A stretch of DNA of 64,000 nt, from contig NIVC01001454.1 in assembly GCA_002269645.1 (NCBI GenBank), positions 1-64,000 of the forward strand. The letters run 5' to 3'. The stretch's first letter is position 1, and each line of letters opens with the position of its first letter. This DNA comes from Macrostomum lignano. Its lineage: Eukaryota. The position numbers and the translations under genes were made by a program. The notes below the pieces were generated by a model that saw nothing but the letters and a program-made list of their open reading frames with translations, searched no databases and was not told the origin of the DNA. Positions 52,201-64,000 of the stretch are shown piece by piece.

Positions 52201-53428
52201 GCTGCTCGGCATCACCCTCATCGGAGTGCTGGCCTATCAGATGTTTCAATTGTTTGGCGCGTCCGCTGAGCAAGGCGTTTTTATGGCACTGCGAATCATC
52301 GAGGGCCTGCTCTCGATTGGGCAGAGCGTTTTCCAGGTGAGAGTCAGATAAAAAATGAATACTATATATGTCAGTTAGTAGCACTATGCTACTTATAGCT
52401 ATTAGGGCTTCAGGCACTGCCGAAATTCAATTGGCGACAGTTGATGCCCTTTTACTTGTGAATCCCTGGGCTGGCACACACTCACACAGGGTGTTACAGC
52501 GGCCTTGTTCTCATTGAGCATTTCTCGTTCGGCAGTGTACTCAGTCTCTTGGTTGGGACACAGTCTCTTGGTTAGAGACGCTGTCTCATGGTTGTGGGCG
52601 CTGTATCTTGGTTGGGGACGCTGTATCTTGGTTGGGGACGCTGTATCTTGGTTGGGGACGCTGTATCTTGGTTGGGGACGCTGTATCTTGGTTGGGGACG
52701 CTGTATCTTGGTTGGGGACGCTGTATCTTGGTTGGGGACGCTGTATCTTGGTTGGGGACGCTGTATCTTGGTTGGGGACGCTGTATCTTGGTTGGGGACG
52801 CTGTATCTTGGTTGGGGACGCTGTATCTTGGTTGGGGACGCTGTATCTTGGTTGGGGACGCTGTATCTTGGTTGGGGACGCTGTATCTTTTTTTTGGGCG
52901 CTGTATCAAAAATGTCCTGTTGCTGACGCTGTCCCAACATGCCCCATCAATAAAAATCCTGGCTACGCTCCTGCTAGCACCGCGACCGCAAATCTCACTA
53001 ATAATGCGCTCACTGCAATCCTTCTACGCTCATAGGTCTACCTGGTTCTCGACGGTGAAAAGCGTCGCTCTAAAAGTGACGAAGTCATCGAGGAGAAGCC
53101 CGGCCGAGAGATGATTGCCGCCTTACTGCTGGGCAACATCGCCCAGTGGATTGTGTACACGTTGGAGATACGCGAGATCAACAATCTGCCAAACTACAGT
53201 CACGCCTACGTACCAGTCGCGTCGAACATCTTTGCCTACGTGTGCTCGCCGCTGATCATCTTCTTCCGGTTCCATTCGGCCTGCTGTTTCGTGGAAATTT
53301 GGCGAACAGCTTACAAAGGAAGAAAGCGTCGATGTCAGAGTCATCCGGACCTGACCGTGTGCTCAACTGTTCCAGGCAGTGTGAGCGCTCTGCAGGATTC
53401 TTCGACTAAGTCGAACAGTCAGGCTTGA
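49253..53428 (+). CDS. Otopetrin-family proton channel, about 816 aa; join(49253..49855,50289..50330,50448..50560,50939..51458,51557..52336,53036..53428)
   Basis: Family motifs LLYAMGLTLFGFVFPL, GFYIILYLVS, SFFLRVACFIFG, LQTFFLF, GFMHLLATNMCVW, PYLFPFTIEY, KPGREMIAALLLGNIAQW and FFRFHS; all junctions GT-AG and phase-compatible. Confidence 0.93.
49908..50140. repeat. 44-bp tandem repeat, about 5 copies, otopetrin intron 1
   Basis: Period 44 (49921 and 49965); head-to-tail with no spacers. Confidence 0.95.
52595..52890. repeat. 20-bp minisatellite (CTGTATCTTGGTTGGGGACG)n, otopetrin intron 5
   Basis: Period 20, near-perfect copies. Confidence 0.96.
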
Positions 53429-56168
53429 GTACTGTGTACCGAAAGAATCCGTGGGCCTTTAATAAGGCTGCTGTTTTACGTATAAGCAACTTCACAAATG
53501 ATAAACTCTGACAAGTGACAAAGGTGTTACTGACAAGTGCGGAAATTTCAAGCAGACGGCATCCTCCACATAGATGCTTGAGAGTGCACAAAATGACAAC
53601 TGGATTTCGATCGCTTCATAGACATCAATTAATTATGCTTCAAATTTAGTCCCCGAAATGAAAAGCGCAAAACGATGATGTAATCAGTGTAGCCATCTCA
53701 TCAAAAAACATCAAAACACCGGGTCGTTTTTCCTGCTAATTAAAACTCATTGACTGCACGTAGTTATGAATAGTGTTGTTTCTCATACGCATGCAAAGAT
53801 GTTAAAAATTCAGAATGTGTATTTTACTGCAAAGCTCAAACCTATGAAAGTTTTACATTTTACACCAGCCTGATTTTTTAATCGATTTTTTATCCGCCTG
53901 CTAATCTTTTATACATGTATCGGGTTCTCTATTTTTTCAAACTAGTTACTAAGATTATTTTGATATCATTTCCTGCATTCATATACATGTACGTGTGTAA
54001 GAGAACAGATATTGTGAGCTGCTGCATGTACTCGTAAATTGTAGCCAATTACTTTTTTTGTGGTAAATAAAAAATAATTGACAGCTCAAAAAGTCACTGT
54101 CTAAACGCGCGCACAAACCCTATACTTGGCATAATAATTTAATTTTTTGTTGTTTTGTTGCTAAATTTGACTGACGATGTTTTTTACTACGACACGGACA
54201 TGTCTGCAAATGGTTCTATTTAAACAAAATAAGTTTTTAGAAGTTCTCGAAATTATAAAATCTAATAAACTGAACGATTAGTAAGCAGTAAAATTGTAAG
54301 ATACGCATGAGAATTCTTAAAATTTGTCGACTTTGATTTACAAGAATAATGTGGTTGACTAAAAATGCATGGATTTTTATGAAAATGATTTTCTTTGATT
54401 GGTACGTGCTCATAACAGTTACTGATCAAGCGTAATTGATATAGTTAAATATATCGGACGATTTTGTAACATAACTACATTTAATTGGTCGCATAGCTAC
54501 CTTAATTTTTAGGCTTCGGCACGTGATCTGTGTTAGAGTCTGCGTTAGCAACATGCGTGCAACTACAAGATGTAATAAAAAGGGGAATTTTCATAGAATA
54601 CTGACTGATGTTATGGCTACTGCTTCGGCATGTTCAATACAAGCACAGCAACATTCAGAAGAAACTTCAGTGGCTATTATTGAACTACAAGCTGTACAAC
54701 ATGCAATCTTAATACAATAGTAATCAATCTTCATTAGCATGTACATGCAAATATGTGCAGGCCGAAAATTAATATTGACGAACTATCGTCGCGTTTAAAA
54801 TAATTTTTAGTTAGAAACTGTAAAAAGTTCAAGAAGTACATGTACATGTATCTACTCAGCAACATTGAAAAGTCGCCACCATTTGCCTCAGCATGAGCAG
54901 TGTGTCTATTACTGACCTTTCGACCAGCGTCTATCACCTAGCCAACCATTTTGATATAAAAAATTATTGAAAAAACACAATGAAAACCGGGCGGAAGCTT
55001 CAATCCATCCAATCTTCGCCCCGCGCCGCTCTTCCCAATCCCTCCTCACCGAGTTGCGTACCTCACTCAAAAGTCAATTCTGAGCTAGAATTTACTGCGC
55101 ACTCTTAAAGGTGGCGAATTTTTAATGTTGTTGAGTACTATAATAAATATTAAGCTTAATTCAAATAATATTGTTATTATTAATTACTTTTATGAGCAAA
55201 AAGGCGTATGTTTTGTTTAAATTAGGAGTACTTTCATAAGAAACTCCGTGCCAAAAAATCTGATACGTTGCATAGCTAAATTTAGTATAAAAAGCAAATT
55301 AGATTTCGGCAACAATTGGACATGCGATTGATCTGCTTGATTAGCATAGCTGCTTGCCTTTGTTTTTTAAGATTTTGTTATTGTTTACACACGAAAATAA
55401 CAGCTTTAAAGATTAAATGTAGCTTCTGAATGTATATTGACATATAGAAGTGGTTATAAACAGAAAATAAGTGCACCATGTATTTACAGTGCGCAAAAAT
55501 AATGGTCGATGAATCATTATCTGTCCCGCGAAAAAGGGCCCTGCTGGGAGCTAGGAAAGACGTGAATACTGGCGATTGGCTAATGTACATTGGAACGCCT
55601 GAGAGGGGGAAAGCTTATCTTTACAAAACAATGTACATTCCCGAATTCCCGAGCTATCAGCAGCAGTCTTGGGGTTAGATAAAATCTTAAAGCGTACAAA
55701 CCGGCAATGTACTTTTATGTAGTAATTGCCATTCAAATAGGCTAAAAACCTATTATAGGGTTGAAAACCATAGGCTTAGAATGCTTATCTTCTCGATAAC
55801 GTGTCAGTAATCTTCTACTAAAATAGATACTCGTACTCCACCGTCAAGCAGACATTAAGCCATTTCCTTCTAGTAGCTGTGTAAGTAAATTTGTACATTC
55901 GAAAGTCTGCTAGTTTAAAAATAGGAAAGTAAAGTAATGCATCAACATGTACACTCCAAAAGCCGGGTCCAGGTCACGTGCTTCGTTTTAGATAAAAAAG
56001 AACCAATCACGAAGCAAAAACAATTAGAGCCACCCCTAAAACCGTCAATACAAGTATTCTAGGCCTTGTAGAACGTCATTCAGCAATCATTTTGCGATTG
56101 ATTAAAAATAAGTTGAGCATTCTTTTGAAGTCAAACATAATACTCCATCATGCAATGATAAAAGCAGT

Positions 56169-58854
56169 TCAATGGCTTGCTAGTTCGGGCTTTGCTTTTT
56201 TATTATCGGCTGTCAATGCCGCAGCAGCTGCGGCAGCTGCCGAGTCGGCTTCAATGACGCAATCAGCTAATTTCGGATCATTCTGCATCACTGACCTGAG
56301 TAGTCTGTTGAACAGCGACTCCCAGCGACTGTCGCTGCTGTGTTCGTCGCTGTCGGAAGTAACACCGGCTTCAGGATCTGCTGCTGCTGCTGCTGCTGCT
56401 GCTGTCCCTGCTTCCGCGCTCGCTGGTTTCCTGTCCAAGCAGAGCATCTGCGGCGCCGCTGTCACGGCCTTATTCAATAGGCGAGCGCAGTAGGACTCCC
56501 ACACGATTTTGTCCTCAGCCAGGCGGCGAATAATTTGCAGCAGCTCTTTCTTGCTGCGTGAATCGTCTCCGAAGTCATCAACTAGGCGTTGGTGCTCGGC
56601 CTAAGTTTTGTTTGAGAGTTATCATTGTTGTTTGACCTGGTAGCACTGCTCATTTTCTTTACGCACATCTGGTAGAACTGCTCATGCATCTACTCCTTTA
56701 CTCACATCTGATAGCACTACTCATCTACTCCTACTCACACCTGGTAGGCACTGCTCATCTACTCCTACTCACACCTGGTAGGCACTGCTCATCTACTACT
56801 ACTCACACCTGGTAGGCACTGCTCATCTACTACTACTCACACCTGGTAGGCACTGCTCATCTACTACTACTCACACCTGGTAGGCACTGCTCATCTACTA
56901 CTACTCACACCTGGTAGGCACTGCTCATCTACTACTACTCACACCTGATAGCACTGCTCACCTACTCCTACTCACACCTGGTAGGCACTGCTCATCTACT
57001 CCTTTACTCACACCTGATAGCACTGCTCATCTACTCCTACTCACACCTGGTAGGCACTGCTCATCTACTCCTACTCACACCTGGTAGCACTGCTCATCTA
57101 CTCCTTTACTCACACCTGATAGCACTGCTCATCTACTCCTACTCACACCTGGTAGGCACTGCTCATCTACTCCTACTCACACCTGGTAGGCACTGCTCAT
57201 CTACTACTACTCACACCTGGTAACACTGCTCATCTACTCTTTACTCACACCTGGTAGCACTGCTCATCTACTCCTTTACTCACATCACACCTTGGTAACA
57301 CTGCCCCTCTACTCCATTACGCTAGTACCCACACCTAGTAACATTGCATGCTGACCTATTTCTCCACTCACTAACACTGCTCAATGTTACGTTAGTCTCA
57401 TTTAGAATGCACAATTCTTGATTCTCTGAACCGTCGCTCACCTGCAGCTCCTCGAGACTCTCACGCATCGCCAGGGCCTCCCGCTGAGCCCTTTTCGCCT
57501 CTTTTTCAGCGTGCGCCGCCTGCCGTTGCAACTTCAAATTGGCCCTCTTCATCTCCTCCCACTCGTTGAGGCTCTTCTGACCGTCAGCGCGATTCTTACT
57601 GAGCACAACTTTCTCAACGCGAAGCTCGTCAGCTTTGGCGCGGATCTGGGCGATGTCCTGGCGCGATCTGCCCAGCTCTTCCAGCAGTTCGTCGCAGTAA
57701 GCGTTGCACCGGGCCAATTCGTCTTCCTTCTCGTCCAGCTCGGCGTCTTTCTCCTGCAGATCGTCCAGCAGTTTGCTGGTCTCGGCTTCGAATAATTCTA
57801 CCTGCTGTCGAAGTCGGCTGTTCTCGTCTTCGTATTTGTGCAGCTTGTCGGTTAGTTTGAGCATGTACTCAACCTTGATTTGATGGTGGAGTGCTTATTA
57901 AGTTAGTTAATTAGTTTGCACTCTGAGGGCGATGATCAGGACGAAAGCCAAGTCTGCTGTGATGTCAGCATTCTCTGTTCACTGTCAGTATTTTAGTGTC
58001 AGTTGGTGACAGTGTTCTAGTGTCAGTTGGTGTCAGTGTTCTAGTGTCAGTGTTCTAGTGTCAGTTGGTGTCAGTGTTCTAGTGTCAGTGTTCTAGTGTC
58101 AGTTGGTGTCAGTGTTCTAGTGTCAGTGTTCTAGTGTCAGTTGGTGTCAGTGTTCTAGTGTCAGTTGGTGTCAGTGTTCTAGTGTCAGTGTTCTAGTGTC
58201 AGTTGGTGTCAGTGTTCTCTGTTCACTGTGTCAGTAGTGCATTCACACCTCAGCCAGACCTTCAACAAGATCTTCAACCTGAGTCACACGAGCTATCACC
58301 TGTTCTGTCGCCTTATTCGTGGCCACTTGCACTTCCCGCTCCCTTCTATCGAGATCTTTCTGCTTGGCCCTGGTTTCGTGTCCCAGCATCGCCAGACTGT
58401 GCGCCAGCATCTGCCTCCTAGTCTGAACCGACACGCCGCGGCCGTAAGTCAGGCTCTGAGTCATACGTCCGTTCCGCGGAAAATCCGCGGAATTTCCTTC
58501 TTCGTCAACAACTTCGCCGCCGCCATCCTCTCCGTTGGCCTGCTGTCGATGACTAGGCAGACTGTGCGGCTGCGACTGCTGAGTCTGCAGCTGGCCAAAA
58601 TTTGGCGGTTTCGTTGATGTCGGCGACGGGACCTCGCTGATGGATGACATCGCCATGGGGTGGTTGTACAGCTCGGCTCCTGTGGGCTGCTGCTGCTGCT
58701 GCTGCAACACCGAATCTTGCTCTGGCTGGCTCATTGAATAGCCTTGATGATGTGCTCGTTTGAGAAAAGTGTTGTGCGACGTTAGCGACTCGTTTGAGAT
58801 TCCCGAGTCTTCACCGTCCAATTCGATTGCGTGGAACATTGGCTGGTGCGCCAT
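56169..58854 (-). CDS. Rab11-FIP class II (FIP3/4, Nuf)-like coiled-coil protein, about 489 aa; complement join(58854..58249,57873..57442,56600..56169)
   Basis: Phase-0 GT-AG junctions; in-frame TGA directly before the ATG. EQVIARVTQVEDLVE resembles FIP4 TQLVHRVHELEEMVK; long coiled coil; SKKELLQII...WESYCARLLNKAVTAAPQML is in register with the FIP-RBD consensus SRDELMEAI...LQDYIDRIIVAIMETNPSIL. Confidence 0.75.
56695..57310. repeat. 34-bp minisatellite (CTCACACCTGGTAGGCACTGCTCATCTACTMCTA)n, FIP-like intron
   Basis: Period 34 (56768 and 56802). Confidence 0.93.
57995..58218. repeat. Compound GTGTCAGTGTTCTA / GTGTCAGTTG repeat, FIP-like intron
   Basis: Direct reading. Confidence 0.9.
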
Positions 58855-58941
58855 TCAGCGCTGAAATTGGTTGGAAAGAATGCAAAAATTGTTAGTCGGA
58901 GTAGCTTCACCATAAACTCAGAACGAGTCGTGAGGTAATAG

Positions 58942-59692
58942 TCAAGGTGATCTCAGATGACTTGAGGTGTGTGAGTCAAGGTGATCTCAGATGACTTGAG
59001 GTGTGTGAGTCAAGGTGATCTCAGGTGACTTGAGGTGTGTGAGTCAAGGTGATCTCAGGTGACTTGAGGTGTGTGAGTCAGGTGATCTCAGGTGACTTGA
59101 GGTGTGTGAGTCAAGGTGATCTCAGGTGACTTGAGGTGTGTGAGTCAAGGTGATCTCAGATGACTTGAGGTGTGTGAGTCAAGGTGATCTCAGGTGACTT
59201 GAGGTGTGTGAGTCAAGGTGATCTCAGATGACTTGAGGTGTGTGAGTCAAGGTGATCTCAGGTGACTTGAGGTGTGTGAGTCAAGGTGATCTCGAATGGC
59301 TTGAGGTGTGTGAGTCAAGGTGATCTCAGATGACTTGAGGTGTGTGAGTCAAGGTGATCTCATGTGACTTGAGGTGTGTGAGTCAAGGTGATCTCAGATG
59401 ACTTGAGGTGTGTGAGTCAAGGTGATCTCAGGTGACTTGAGGTGTGTGAGTCAAGGTGATCTCAGATGACTTGAGGTGTGTGAGTCAAGGTGATCTCAGG
59501 TGACTTGAGGTGTGTGAGTCAAGGTGATCTCAGATGACTTGAGGTGTGTGAGTCAAGGTGATCTCAGGTGACTTGAGATGTGTGAGTCAAGGTGATCTCA
59601 GGTGACTTGAGGTGTGTGAGTCAAGGTGATCTCAGGTGACTTGAGGTGTGTGAGTCAAGGTGATCTCAGGTGACTTGAGGTGTGTGAGTCAA
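58942..59692. repeat. 34-bp minisatellite (TCAAGGTGATCTCAGRTGACTTGAGGTGTGTGAG)n
   Basis: Period 34 (58981 and 59015). Confidence 0.95.
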
Positions 59693-60357
59693 GGGATATT
59701 CAAGTACCCAAGGTGAATGACTCAAAGGAGATCAAGTGGCAGACAGTAAGAAATTCAACAACACAGCTTTAACACAGGCTTTATAAACAGATATTTACAG
59801 ATATATCCAACGAAATCTGACTAATTTACAAGTCCGAACTAAGCGCACACATTGCCTGACAAGTCTGCTTAAATAAGAGTATATGCTTGTACTAGCATTC
59901 AGCGTTGGCTAAAAGTACAAAATAGACCTTTCGCGCAGTCCGAATCGCCTGTCTTTCATATGCAAACTCTGTGTAAAAAAACCTTTTCAAACCTGTTTCG
60001 GCCGCGCCCAAGGCACAAGCAGCACAATGTTGGCCTGCGCTTCTCTGTGTGTGCTCGGTGTGTAAGAGTTTAGCATGGAGAGATGAGATAAGCGCAAAGA
60101 TAACTAATAATGGATGGCTATACTGGGTCGCTTAAGCAGATTGATGGTCGTAGCAGCCCCCACTCTCTGCTTGCTCTGGCCGAAACACAGAGACAAAAGA
60201 ACTCAAGAAAAACTGTCTTTTAAGGATTTAGCTGCTGCTGCTTTTTCTAGAAAATATTTTATTGTTCATTTTACTCTGCGCTGCGGCAAACGTGTGTTGA
60301 TGGGGTTGACTCAGAATGGGGGGAGCTGTTTATACAAAACCACTCATTCTCGTCATG

Positions 60358-61876
60358 GGAGAGTCAGATAGTCCCAGGGGAGAGGAGAGAGGGTCAGACA
60401 GTCACAGGGAGAGGGTTAGACAGTCACAGGGGAGAGGGTTAGACAGTCACAGGAGAGAGGGTCAGACACTCACTGGGGAGAGAGCCATACAGTCACAGGG
60501 GAGAGAGTCAGAAACTCACTGGGGAGAGGGTCCGACAGTCACAGGGGAGAGAGTTAGACAGTCACAGGGAGAGAGTTAGACAGTCACTGGGGAGAGAGTC
60601 AGACACTCACTGGGGAGAGAGTTAGCAGTCACAGGGAGAGAGTTAGACAGTCACAGGGAGAGAGTTAGACAGTCACAGGGAGAGAGTTAGCAGTCACAGG
60701 GAGAGAGTTAAACAGTCACAGGGGAGAGGGTTAGACAGTTGCAGGGAGAGAGTTAGACAGTCACAGGGAGAGAGTTAGACAGTCACAGGAGAGAGGGTCA
60801 GACACTCACTAGGGAGAGAGCCATACAGTCACAGGGGAGAGAGTCAGAAACTCACTGGGGAGAGGGTCCGACAGTCACAGGGGAGAGAGTTAGCAGTCAC
60901 AGGGAGAGAGTTAGAAAGTCACAGGGAGAGGGTTAGACAGTCACAGGGAGAGAGTCAGACAGTCACAGGGAGAGAGTTAGACAGTCACAGGGGAGAGGGT
61001 TAGACAGTCACAGGGGAGAGGGTTAGACAGTCACAGGGAGAGGGTTAGACAGTCACAGGGAGAGAGTTAGACAGTCACTGGGGAGAGAGTCAGACACTCA
61101 CTGGGGAGAGAGTCAGACACTCACTGGGGAGAGAGTTAGACAGTCACAGGGAGAGAGTTAGACAGTCACAGGGAGAGAGTTAGACAGTCACAGGGAGAGA
61201 GTTAGACAGTCACAGGAGAGAGGGTCAGACAGTCACAGGGGAGAGGGTCAGACAGTCACAGGGGAGAGGGTTAGACAGTCACAGGGGAGAGGGTTAGACA
61301 GTCACAGGGGAGAGGGTCAGACAGTCACAGGGGAGAGGGTCAGACAGTCACAGGGGAGAGGGTCAGACAGTCACAGGGGGACAGGGTCAGACAGTCACAG
61401 GGGAGAGGGTCAGACAGTCACAGGGGACAGGGTCAGACAGTCACAGGGGAGAGGGTCAGACAGTCACAGGGGAGAGGGTCAGACAGTCACAGGGGGACAG
61501 GGTCAGACAGTCACAGGGGAGAGGGTCAGACAGTCACAGGGGAGAGGGTCAGACAGTCACAGGGGAGAGGGTCAGACAGTCACAGGGGAGAGGGTCAGAC
61601 AGTCACAGGGGGACAGGGTCAGACAGTCACAGGGGGACAGGGTCAGACAGTCACAGGGGGACAGGGTCAGACAGTCACAGGGGAGAGGGTCAGACAGTCA
61701 CAGGGGAGAGGGTCAGACAGTCACAGGGGGACAGGGTCAGACAGTCACAGGGGAGAGGGTCAGACAGTCACAGGGGAGAGGGTCAAACAGTCACAGGGGA
61801 GAGGGTCAGACAGTCACAGGGGAGAGGGTCAGACAGTCACAGGGGAGAGGGTCAGACAGTCACAGGGGGACAGGGT
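60358..61876. repeat. 22-23-bp minisatellite (GACAGTCACAGGGGAGAGGGTCA)n
   Basis: Direct reading. Confidence 0.95.
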
Positions 61877-62197
61877 CTATCCGTTTAACTGTTTCTAGTG
61901 AGTGAAAGGTGAACTAAGTCCAGATATTGTGAACTGTCATGTGACCGGGTTCAAGACAAGGACACACAACTTCGGGGCAGAGTCAGATAAATAATTAAAA
62001 GGAGCAGCTTATAATTCAATTAATCAACGAATCAGTTAACATCGAATCGTGAGCGGCTTTAAATTATTTATTTGCGAATCAATTATTTATTACTTTGGAA
62101 GTTCAGAGGGATGTGTGTGACCCATGTAGATTTCTGTGGAGTGGCTGAAGGCCCAAAACAAGAGTTGCCTGGTTTGGCTGACTTCGTCTCGGTAAAG

Positions 62198-63826
62198 GGT
62201 CAGAGAGTCAGAGAGCCAGAGACTCAGAGAGTCAGAGACTCAGAGAGTCAGAGACTCAGAGAGTCAGAGACTCAGAGAGTCAGAGACTCAGAGAGTCAGA
62301 GACTCAGAGAGTCAGAGACTCAGAGAGTCAGAGACTCAGAGAGTCAGAGACTCAGAGAGTCAGAGTCAGAGAGTCAGAGACTCAGAGACTCAGAGAGTTA
62401 GAGAGTCAGAGACTCAGAGAGTCAGAGAGTCAGAGACTCAGAGAGTCAGAGACTCAGAGAGTCAGAGTCAGAGAGTCACAGACTCAGAGACTCAGAGAGT
62501 TAGAGAGTCAGAGACTCAGAGAGTCAGAGACTCAGAGAGTCAGAGACTCAGAGACTCAGAGAGTTAGAGAGTCAGAGACTCAGAGAGTCAGAGAGTCAGA
62601 GACTCAGAGAGTCAGAGTCAGAGAGTCAGAGAGTCAGAGACTCAGAGAGTCAGAAACTCAGAGAGTTAGAGAGTCAGAGACTCAGAGAGTCAGAGAGTCA
62701 GAGACTCAGAGAGTCAGAGTCAGAGAGTCAGAGAGTCAGAGACTCAGAGAGTCAGAGACTCAGAGAGTTAGAGAGTCAGATACTCAGAGAGTCAGAGAGT
62801 CAGAGACTCAGAGAGTCAGAGTCAGAGACTCAGAGAGTCAGAGTCAGAGAGTCAGAGAGTCAGAGAGTCAGAGACTCAGAGAGTCAGAGAGTCAGAGACT
62901 CAGAGAGTCAGAGAGTCAGAGAGTCAGAGATTCAGAGAGCCAGAGACTCAGAGACTCAGAGAGTCAGAGACTCAGAGACTCAGAGAGTTAGAGACTCAGA
63001 GACTCAGAGAGTCAGAGAGTCAGAGACTCAGAGAGTCAGAGAGTCAGAGAGTCAGAGAGTCAGAGAGTCAGAGACTCAGAGAGTCAGAGACTCAGAGACT
63101 CATAGACTCAGAGACTCAGAGAGTCAGAGACTCAGAGACTCAGAGATTCAGAGAGCCAGAGACTCAGAGACTCAGAGAGTCAGAGACTCAGAGACTCAGA
63201 GAGTCAGAGAGTCAGAGACTCAGAGAGTCAGAGACTCAGAGAGTCAGAGAGTCAGAGACTCAGAGACTCAGAGAGTCAGAGAGCCAGATACTCAGAGAGT
63301 CAGAGAGTCAGAAACTCAGAGACTCAGAGAGTCAGAGACTCAGAGACTCAGAGACTCAGAGACTCAGAGAGTCAGAGACTCAGAGACTCAGAGATTCAGA
63401 GAGCCAGAGACTCAGAGACTCAGAGAGTCAGAGACTCAGAGAGTCAGAGACTCAGAGAGTCAGAGACTCAGAGAGTCAGAGACTCAGAGAGTCAGAGACT
63501 CAGAGAGTCAGAGACTCAGAGAGTCAGAGACTCAGAGAGTCAGAGACTCAGAGAGTCAGAGACTCAGAGAGTCAGAGACTCAGAGAGTCAGAGACTCAGA
63601 GAGTCAGAGACTCAGAGAGTCAGAGACTCAGAGAGTCAGAGACTCAGAGAGTCAGAGACTCAGAGAGTCAGAGACTCAGAGAGTCAGAGACTCAGAGAGT
63701 CAGAGACTCAGAGAGTCAGAGACTCAGAGAGTCAGAGACTCAGAGAGTCAGAGACTCAGAGAGTCAGAGACTCAGAGAGTCAGAGACTCAGAGAGTCAGA
63801 GACTCAGAGAGTCAGAAACTCAGAGA
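62198..63826. repeat. (CAGAGAGTCAGAGACT)n 16-bp repeat with 8-bp variants
   Basis: Direct reading. Confidence 0.96.
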
Positions 63827-63879
63827 GGGTCGTGAGCTGTCTCGATGCGCACATGAGCTGAGCTTCATTGATTAGTAAA

Positions 63880-63889
63880 ACTCACCTGC
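63880..63889 (-). other. Consensus 5' splice site CAG|GTGAGT; candidate donor of a non-coding first exon of the FIP-like gene (acceptor at 58861/58860)
   Basis: Perfect donor consensus on the minus strand; an acceptor ccaatttcag lies 6 nt upstream of the FIP-like ATG. Confidence 0.35.
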
Positions 63890-64000
63890 AGTATTGTACT
63901 CGTCCAAGCCAACGGAACTCAAGGCAAAGCTGAGAAAAGCAGTCTAAATTATATAATCGATCCGTAAAAGCTGTTCAAAATTAAACACCAAAGACGAAGA

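Noticed and set aside
54523-55736. Small ORFs between the otopetrin and FIP-like 3' ends (for example 55478-55678)
   Set aside because: No recognisable family or supporting exon chain; cannot be excluded without RNA data.

Overview
Eukaryotic (metazoan) genomic DNA with GC-rich exons, AT-rich spacers and a different micro/minisatellite in almost every larger intron. This style suggests a repeat-rich invertebrate such as a macrostomid flatworm, which is inference only. Five spliced genes were reconstructed by hand from splice sites and reading phase: an SLC16/MCT-family transporter (+, 3702-8372), a full-length ABCC/MRP1-type ABC exporter (+, 14727-38495), a strongly divergent SLC9/NHE-fold protein (-, 47615-39814), an otopetrin (+, 49253-53428) and a Rab11-FIP3/4/Nuf-like coiled-coil protein (-, 58854-56169). 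The main result is a cassette of four tandem, homologous, phase-1/phase-0 exons (A-D, 27791-32230) in the ABCC gene. They encode alternative versions of TM13-ICL-TM14/15 and can only be used one at a time. Two of the cassette introns carry the same 16-nt array, which is self-complementary in RNA through G-U pairs. Other highlights: the NHE-like protein lacks the canonical ion-binding E/ND residues and lies head-to-head with the otopetrin; an intact mariner transposase with one truncated TIR is nested in a CCC-terminated foldback-like element in an ABCC intron; and the FIP-like protein has two tandem Rab-binding-like motifs. Nearly all long ORFs in the supplied track that lie over repeats are artefacts. 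Exon models and alignments to human proteins were done by eye and from memory; none was checked against RNA data or databases.
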